A DNA stretch of 64,000 bases from the NCBI RefSeq assembly GCF_009914755.1, contig NC_060930.1; one strand, given 5' to 3'. This document shows, piece after piece, positions 56,575-64,000 of this stretch. Under the pieces are notes generated by a model. That model searched no databases, was not told the origin of the DNA, and saw only the letters and a program-made list of their open reading frames with translations. The position numbers and the translations under genes were made by a program. Source of the stretch: the human T2T-CHM13v2.0 reference genome, Homo sapiens. Within the stretch, counting starts at the first letter, position 1. Each line of letters begins with the position of its first letter.

Positions 56575-56874
56575 GTTTCTTTTCCTTTCTTCCTTCCTTC
56601 CTTCCTTCCTTCATTCCTTTCTTTCTTTTTCTTTCTTCTTTCTTTCCTCTTTCTCTTGATTCTTTTTGGATTACAGATTTAAGTATAAAAATATATTATT
56701 ATAAAAAAGAAACACACAAGAACAAGGAATGAATTTATGTATATACTGAAGTAAATGCTACATTTAAATATTATTTAAATAAATTTGGGTATTACAAATT
56801 GAAACAACAATGAGGTAAATTAGATCGATTGCCAGATTGTTAAAGATAAAACAGACAAAACGCAGAGTGGTGAA

Positions 56875-57320
56875 TTTATCAGTTAAGATTCTTTAGGTAT
56901 TCAATGACAGAGAACCCAACTAAGAGTAGTTTAAACAATAAAGGCACTTATTATTTCAAACCATAAGAAGACCCCAAGTCCGCAATTTCAGAGTTGTTCC
57001 AAAGGCTCAGTTGTGATATTGAGAACTCAGGCTCTTTGCACGTTTCTGCTGTGATGACCTTAATTTAATAGACTGATCCTGTTGCTTGTTCTTTGAGTTC
57101 CAGGCATCAATGACAGCCAAATATACATCCAGAGGCATGTATTTTTTATCAGGGAAACCTTCCAGAGGCCTCCAGAGTATTCCCTTGCAGGTCCCAATGG
57201 TCAGAATTTGGTAATAGGTGAAGGTCCTGGCTTCAGGAGAGTCTGGGGAGACTGTTTCTGGCACTGGCACATTCAGGCTTTGCAGAGGAATCAGACTCTT
57301 CAAGGGGGCATCCAAAGTGT
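56875..57320 (-). mobile_element. Old MLT1-family LTR
   Basis: atcagttaagattcttt...tgacagagaacccaact...tttaaacaataaagg. Confidence 0.55.
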
Positions 57321-58199
57321 TGTTCCTGATAGTTCATCAGTTTACTTAATTGAAAAATAAACTTTGCAATAGTAATATATTACCTATTCATGAGAAAAAT
57401 AATAAATATTGCACATTTAACAATAAAAATAGAATGAATACTGCTTTTATTTTTCTTCCCAATTTTAGAACATAAAATGTATGCATTTATTTAAAATAGA
57501 AAAAAATAGATATCACACATTAATAAATACATAGTTCTTAACTGTAAGAAAATCCTTATTGATCTTCAGGTAATGGTATGACAAAAATCACTTCCCATGA
57601 AGATTCCCTTTAATAGCAGTTGCAGACAAAAAATGAAGTGATGATGTGATAGGACTTTTGAAAAGAGCCCTTGGTGTCATCTGCTTGCTGTTGAGATGCC
57701 ATTGGTTTGCATTTGTGTTTCAGGTAATACCTCTGAAGCACCTCTCCATCAATAGTGAGTAACCTTTGTTTAATGTAATTTATGACATTTTCCCAACATG
57801 AAACAACCTTTAAGTGAGTCATTTTCCACCCATTCATTAGGACCTATGGCCCTCTATTTGTTTCATGGAACTACCAACCAGAGCATTCCTTGAATATCAC
57901 ATCACATCGTCTCCAAAAATTAATGACTTAAAACACCAATTCCTCCATGTTTAAATCAGCCCTTATAAGAATGATTCATTTTCTAAGAATTCTCTCTTTG
58001 GGTGTCTTCTAATACTAATACTTAAACATAAAATATCTTTTATTGTGCCTACTTGTAAATAGAGAATTTTGCAACATGTATAAAATATAAAATGAATATA
58101 TCTTCTGATTCAGGATACCATTTCAGGCATTTATTCTCAAGAGACATTTGGCCTAATGAACAAATATAGAAATCGATGTTTTAATCATTTGGAATAGAT

Positions 58200-58560
58200 C
58201 CAGTTGAATACACAATGCTGCAGGAACAGACAATGAACACTTAGCATCTTCAAAATGACAAAATTTATTTGTAGTTGCTGCTGCGTGAGCACTGCAGGTA
58301 GGCTGGGGTCTCTGCTTCATACCGCCTTGCTCCAAGACCCTAATCTCAAATGTGGTGGTCATCGTGGAAGAAAAAAGATCACTCTAGAGGGATGCAAGGT
58401 GGCAATTAGTGTTGTAGCCCTGAGGTGACCAATGACACTTCTATTAACGACTCACGTATCTACCTGACCAGTAGGTCCAGGCAGTGGAATTCTACCCTGT
58501 GCTTAGAATGAGGGAGAATCCGAATATTTCTGGTAAACAATTCTATGGACTACCATCCTT
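58200..58560 (-). mobile_element. Old MLT1J/K-like LTR
   Basis: gaggtgaccaatgacacttct...aattctaccctgtgcttagaa...gactaccat. Confidence 0.5.
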
Positions 58561-59279
58561 GCATCCCTGAGTTTTCTCTTTATGTTAAAAAATTGCAAAC
58601 TATCAAAACAGTTATGAATGAGGCTCAGTTAAATAAGTTATTGTATATCTAAGGCATTGAAGTCCTATGCCACCATTTATGAGGTGATTTGAGTCAAAAC
58701 TTACTGACATAAAAGATTTCTGGTAAATACTGTTGGGAGAATAAAGCACTGTTAATTTGTATATAATATTTGGTACATTTATGTAAATTCATAGGTGGAT
58801 ATATACAAGAGTATGGAAATAGCTATAGAAAGAAACTCAGATATGGTGGGTATGGCCAAGGAGAATATACTTAGGTGAGAATATTGATTGCTGTATTCAA
58901 CTTTTCTCAAATATTTTTCTTATTTTCTCTCAATACGTCATTTTTGCAAATAAATTTTCCAGACTGGCTTGGATTTTATGGTTGTTTATTTTAGACTTCC
59001 CATTATGACTGTGGAGGGCTTGTGTTTACTATTATTTTATTTCCATATGTTCTTTCCTCAAATATGGGAAAAGTATTGATTTTGTAATCAGTCCACTAAA
59101 TAGTCTATTATTATTTTAGTAGACTTGTCTTTGATTTATGTGCAAAACAATAAAACAATCTTACTATTCAAAATTGATGATATTTTAATGAACTCCTTTA
59201 TAACAGTCATTCTTCTTACTACTGCTTGCCATCTTGTTGAAATAAATCAAGCTTATAGAATATTTTAAATAATAGTTAA

Positions 59280-59583
<304 letters not shown>

Positions 59584-59699
59584 AGATGGGAATATTTTAA
59601 ATAATGGATAAGATGGCTAGTGAGATACTAGCTCTCTCACCATAAATAACAATGTAGTTGTATACAGTATATGTTGCACCTGTTTCCATCATTGAATGG

Positions 59700-62600
59700 A
59701 AACAGTGCAAAAGAGAAATCCCTGGAAAAAAAGGAAAGTTCTCATGGGGAGCTTCAAAATTACCCCAGTCTTGCCTGAGGACCCTTTCCCAAACATAGTA
59801 CCATGAGAGGGAGTCAGGGCAAAACTCAATCTCTCACAGGATTAAGGAAGAAGTTGAGGTTTTGGATAGATGGAGGTGAATACAGTGGGGACCCACAAAT
59901 TCTTCCTTGAGGTCTGGGTTGCACATGTGCAAGGCAAAATGCCAGAGGCCTACCATAGCATGGCTGCTATAGTCTAAGAACACGATAAAGATTCTACTGT
60001 TTAAACAGGGCCTCTCCGGAATGGATAGATGTCACTAACCCCTCATCAACACCAGAGGGATTCAGCCAAGATTCCACAGAGGCCATGATTCCCGAGTAAG
60101 AACCACATTCTACAGCAATGCCTGCTCTCAACTCATCGTGACAAAGCTTAAAGACTCAGAGGGAGGAGAAAGGGAGGAGGTGGAGAAATTAATCTAAACA
60201 CGTTTGGGAATATCTTGGGGTTTCCTCAGATGATTCTTCTTAACAAAGTATAAAAGGAAGTCTTCACAAGTTCAAGATGTTGTGTTAGTAATTTAACTGC
60301 CTACAAAAACAAAAATTCTACACTCTTCAGAGGAAGATAACAAGATAACAAATTCCAAGGTCTTTAAAATGTCATTCACAATGTACAGCAAAAAAATATA
60401 TATATATAGAAATTTTAAATGTAGAATAAGAGAATAAAATAAAATCAGAGAAAAAAATAAAAAGCATGCATGGATTGACCTAGATGTTAGATTTATTAGG
60501 CAAAGATGTAAAACAACTATTATACATATATTCAGAAAATTAAAGTATCATGTGGTCTTAAGAAGTGAATGGGGAATCTCTTCAGAGAAATGAAAATTTT
60601 ATAAAGAATCAAATGGCAAACCTAGAACCAAAAAGTTTAGTAACTGTAATAAAATCACTGCATAGGCTTAACACCAGACTGGATATGACTGAAAAAAAGA
60701 ATCATTGATTTTGGACAGATCCATAAAATAGTTTTAATTAAAAGACAAAAAATAATAATGAAAAATGAATAAAGCATCAGAGATTTCTGAGACAATATGA
60801 AACAATTCCAATGTATGTGCAATTCAAGTTCCAGAAGATGGTGAGAATGGAACATAATTTATTAAAGATATAACAAACAGTTCCAAAAATTGATTTAAAA
60901 AAATCTACCTAGATTTCCAAAAACTTAACCCAAAGCAGGGAAGAGACAAAACCACCTGGTACTTTATACTCAAACTGCTGGAAACCAAAGACAGAAAATT
61001 TGAAACTAGAAACATAAAAAGGAGACACTCCATCTAGGGAAATGGTGCTATCAATGAGAGCTGTAGAGTACAAGGAACAATAGCAACAACCATCCCAGAA
61101 TTCTATGTCCGGTGACAATATCCTTCAAAAATGCGGGTGGAAAAAATACATTTTTAGATAAATGAAAGCTAAGCAGTTTCCTTGATAGCAGATGTGCACT
61201 ACAAGAAATGCTCAAGGCTGTCCTTCTGGCTGAAGTGGAATGATTCCAGCTGGAAACTGATCTATAGGAGGGATGAAGAATGGGATCTAAATTGCTGAGT
61301 GTCTTGCTGTAGGGCTCTGCCACTTTATGAATGGCAGAGGCACACACAAAGCCCAGGACTCTCAACTCCTAGTTTGCTCATTTTGTAGAGGGTCATGTGA
61401 GTAGAAAATCTGGATTGTTTGCAAACCCATCTAAGTGACTTGATCCAGAGTAATGTTTGTTCCTTTGAAATGGATCCAGAGCTCATATGCATGAATGAGG
61501 AAATGCCTCTGCAGGCTGTGAGCTCTGGGGACATGGGATCCCAAATCTGGTCTCCTGATGCACACATTTACGTCACTCTCTATTCACTCAGAATAAGAGT
61601 AAAACGGTGTCTCTTTCCTGACCCCATATGTTTTTTACCATAGTTTTTCTTCAATTCTTTGAAAAAGCTACTACAAAACAATGAAGAGTGTGAAAAAAAT
61701 GTAGTAAAAGTAGTAGGGCACATATCAATTTAGAACCTATGCCCGTCAAGGTTGAGGACTTCTTTAATTAAAACACACTAAGTGAATTATAATTGCATTC
61801 AAAGAGATAAAGAAATGTAGCAAAATCAAAAATAGTACTGGCCGTAGGCAAATATGTCTTGCATCTTATTTTAGTGGTAAGGCCACCATCACGTATGAGG
61901 AGGGCTGTTGATTTCAAACAAATATTCATTATCAAGTTTTGAAAATGTGCTCCTATCTCCAGCACTTTATTGAGACTTCCAGCAACATGATGTACTTAGC
62001 TCACTTAGCTAACGTTCTGTCCCTAAACTCTGCCAGCACAAACTCATAAAAATGCAGAAGATAGTATAAAAATATTATATATATAAAATACCATATCGGA
62101 TAGCATATATATACAACTGTGCATGCACATATATATGACATATGAACAGAGCTGGCACTATGTATCATGCATCACTGGAACAAGAAGCAGCAAATAATGC
62201 TGAAATCATGGGTTATCTGTATTGGGGAAAAAAGTTACATTGAATTCCTACAATACCAAGCACAAATACTTCTGATTAAATTAAAATTTAAATATGAAAA
62301 GTAAACATTCTGTTAAAAAGAATAATGAATATCTTATTTATTTACGGGCAGGGAGGGATTTGTTGTGTAATGCACAATGAAGAAACCGTAAGAGTAATAG
62401 CATGACTGCCATAAAATTAAGAACTTCCCTTTATTAAAAGATACTTTTAAAAGGTGGATAAAGTCCAAAAACAGGGAAGATATATTTGCCATCGATAATT
62501 CAACAAGGATTTGGACCTTGTATATATAAAAAACTCCTACATATTAGTAATTTAATAAGCAAATAAAAACAAAGTAACCAATTTGAGAAATAGGCAAAAA

Positions 62601-63390
62601 AGGTTAACAGGCATGTCACATCGGAGAGTGTATCATTGGTGAATATATATGTGAAAATATGGCAAAGTCTATTTGTAATAAAACAATTCAAATTGAATTA
62701 TAAAGACACAGCATGTTTCACCCACATGATAACATAAAAATTAAAAAAACTACAGATTACAAATATTGTTCAGATTGTAAACCAAGAGGCATATTAATAC
62801 ACTGCTGCAAAAGATAGAAATTTATTTAAATACTTTGGAGAACAATTTGGCTTTATCTAGTGAAGTTGAAAATTCACAAAATCTATTATATTTTCAGCAA
62901 GAAATATACTTAGTCATAAGTTGGTTATTAAAACACACAGACAGACACCACAAAACCTAATGGTTTAAAAGTTTGAGAGTAACTAAATGATAGAAAACAC
63001 AGACAAATAAAAGCAAAAAGAACACCGGTAGAGTAATATTTAAATTATTGAAGTATTCAGGCCCAAACCAGTATTAAGTAAAATGATCACTTAATGAAAG
63101 GAACAATTTACTGGGAAGACATAAAAATTGCAGGCCTGTTGAGCCTAGCAAGAAAGACTAATTCTAAAATCAAAATTATTAGTAAAATTGACAAATCCAG
63201 ATCATAATTTTAGAGAATTTATCATATTCATATCAAAATGATAAATCAAGCTGGTAAAAAAATATATAACAGTATATAACAGTAATTTAAAAAGAATCAA
63301 ATAAGACAATAAACAAGGCTGGTAATTGATATACTTACTCTTTTACCCCACAATTAGAAAGCACTTTTTTTCTAAAACAGATGGAAGATT
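59700..63390 (+). mobile_element. Ancient L1M fragments (5'UTR/ORF1-like 59700-61290; ORF2-like 62190-63390)
   Basis: A-rich diverged L1 motifs (ggcttaacaccagactggata, cccagaattctatgtccgg, ctacaagaaatgctcaagg, tactttggagaacaatttgg). Confidence 0.6.
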
Positions 63391-63394
63391 TAAG

Positions 63395-63690
63395 ATGCTA
63401 ATGACACATGCGACGTATGAACAAGCATGGACAGCTACTGCTCATGTGCACCCAGAGCACCACCCAGAACATGCTTACTAGTAAAGCCTCTTCCCACCCC
63501 CTTATGAATAATCATGTAGGACTCCCATAAAGGGAGTCTTCCTAGTGCCATTCTCTGCTGTCTTATTCTTATGAGTAGCCCACCCTGAATCCAATCTTTC
63601 TTAGGGTGTCCTGTTTATTCTGTACTTAACTTTCAAAATATTATTTTTCTTTTGCAATAAATTGCATCTCCTTTGCTGTGTGTCTCTGTT
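63395..63690 (+). mobile_element. ERV1-class LTR fragment (MER41-group-like)
   Basis: cttatgaataatcatgtaggactcccataaagggag...ttttgcaataaa; exact family uncertain. Confidence 0.55.
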
Positions 63691-64000
63691 TTTTTATTTC
63701 TTCTACAAAAACAAACAAACAAACAAAAAAAAGGGATACATGTGCAGAACGTGCAGATTTGTTACATAGGTATACATGTGCCATAGTGGTTTGCTGCACC
63801 TACTGACCCATCCTCTAAGTTCCCTTCCCTCACCCCCCACCCCCCAATAGGTTCTGGTGTGTGCTGTTCCCCTCTCTGTGTCCATGTGTTCTCAATGTTC
63901 GACTTCCACTTATGAGTGAGAACTTACTGTGTTTGGTTTAATGTTCCTGTGTTAGTTTGGTGGGGATGATGGCTTCCAACTTCCTCCATGTCCCAGCAAA
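63689..64000 (-). mobile_element. L1PA8A-like 3' end, runs off window end
   Basis: ttttttatttcttct-(A-rich)-gggatacatgtgcagaacgtgcag; the internal T-run before the polyA signal is typical of L1PA8A as recalled. Confidence 0.8.

Overview
A primate (very probably human) AT-rich, repeat-dense, non-coding window. I found no protein-coding gene, tRNA/rRNA or CRISPR array. Nearly every long ORF in the track comes from a repeat. L1 content: a 5'-intact but 3'-amputated L1PA7/8 (338-6159, minus) that keeps a 59-codon ORF0-like antisense ORF; an L1PA3/4 with a twin-priming 5' inversion; several older L1 3' ends and L1M/L2/MIR/CR1 relics. LTR content: a dense MaLR cluster at 27-42 kb (THE1A and THE1B solo LTRs, two THE1D proviruses in opposite orientation, one MSTB provirus), plus MLT1, MER74-like and ERV1-like LTRs. 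There are six Alus, including a near-consensus AluYc1-type copy. DNA transposon relics include MER2, MER1A, a MER119-like element, piggyBac MER75 and two MADE1. The least explained signals are fold-back structures: a 61-bp, 92%-identical inverted repeat in apparently unique DNA (10149-10314), an older ~160-bp palindrome (7806-7968), and a MADE1 hairpin whose two arms carry three mirrored substitutions (21397-21459). Subfamily names come from recalled consensus sequences and need a Dfam/RepeatMasker check.
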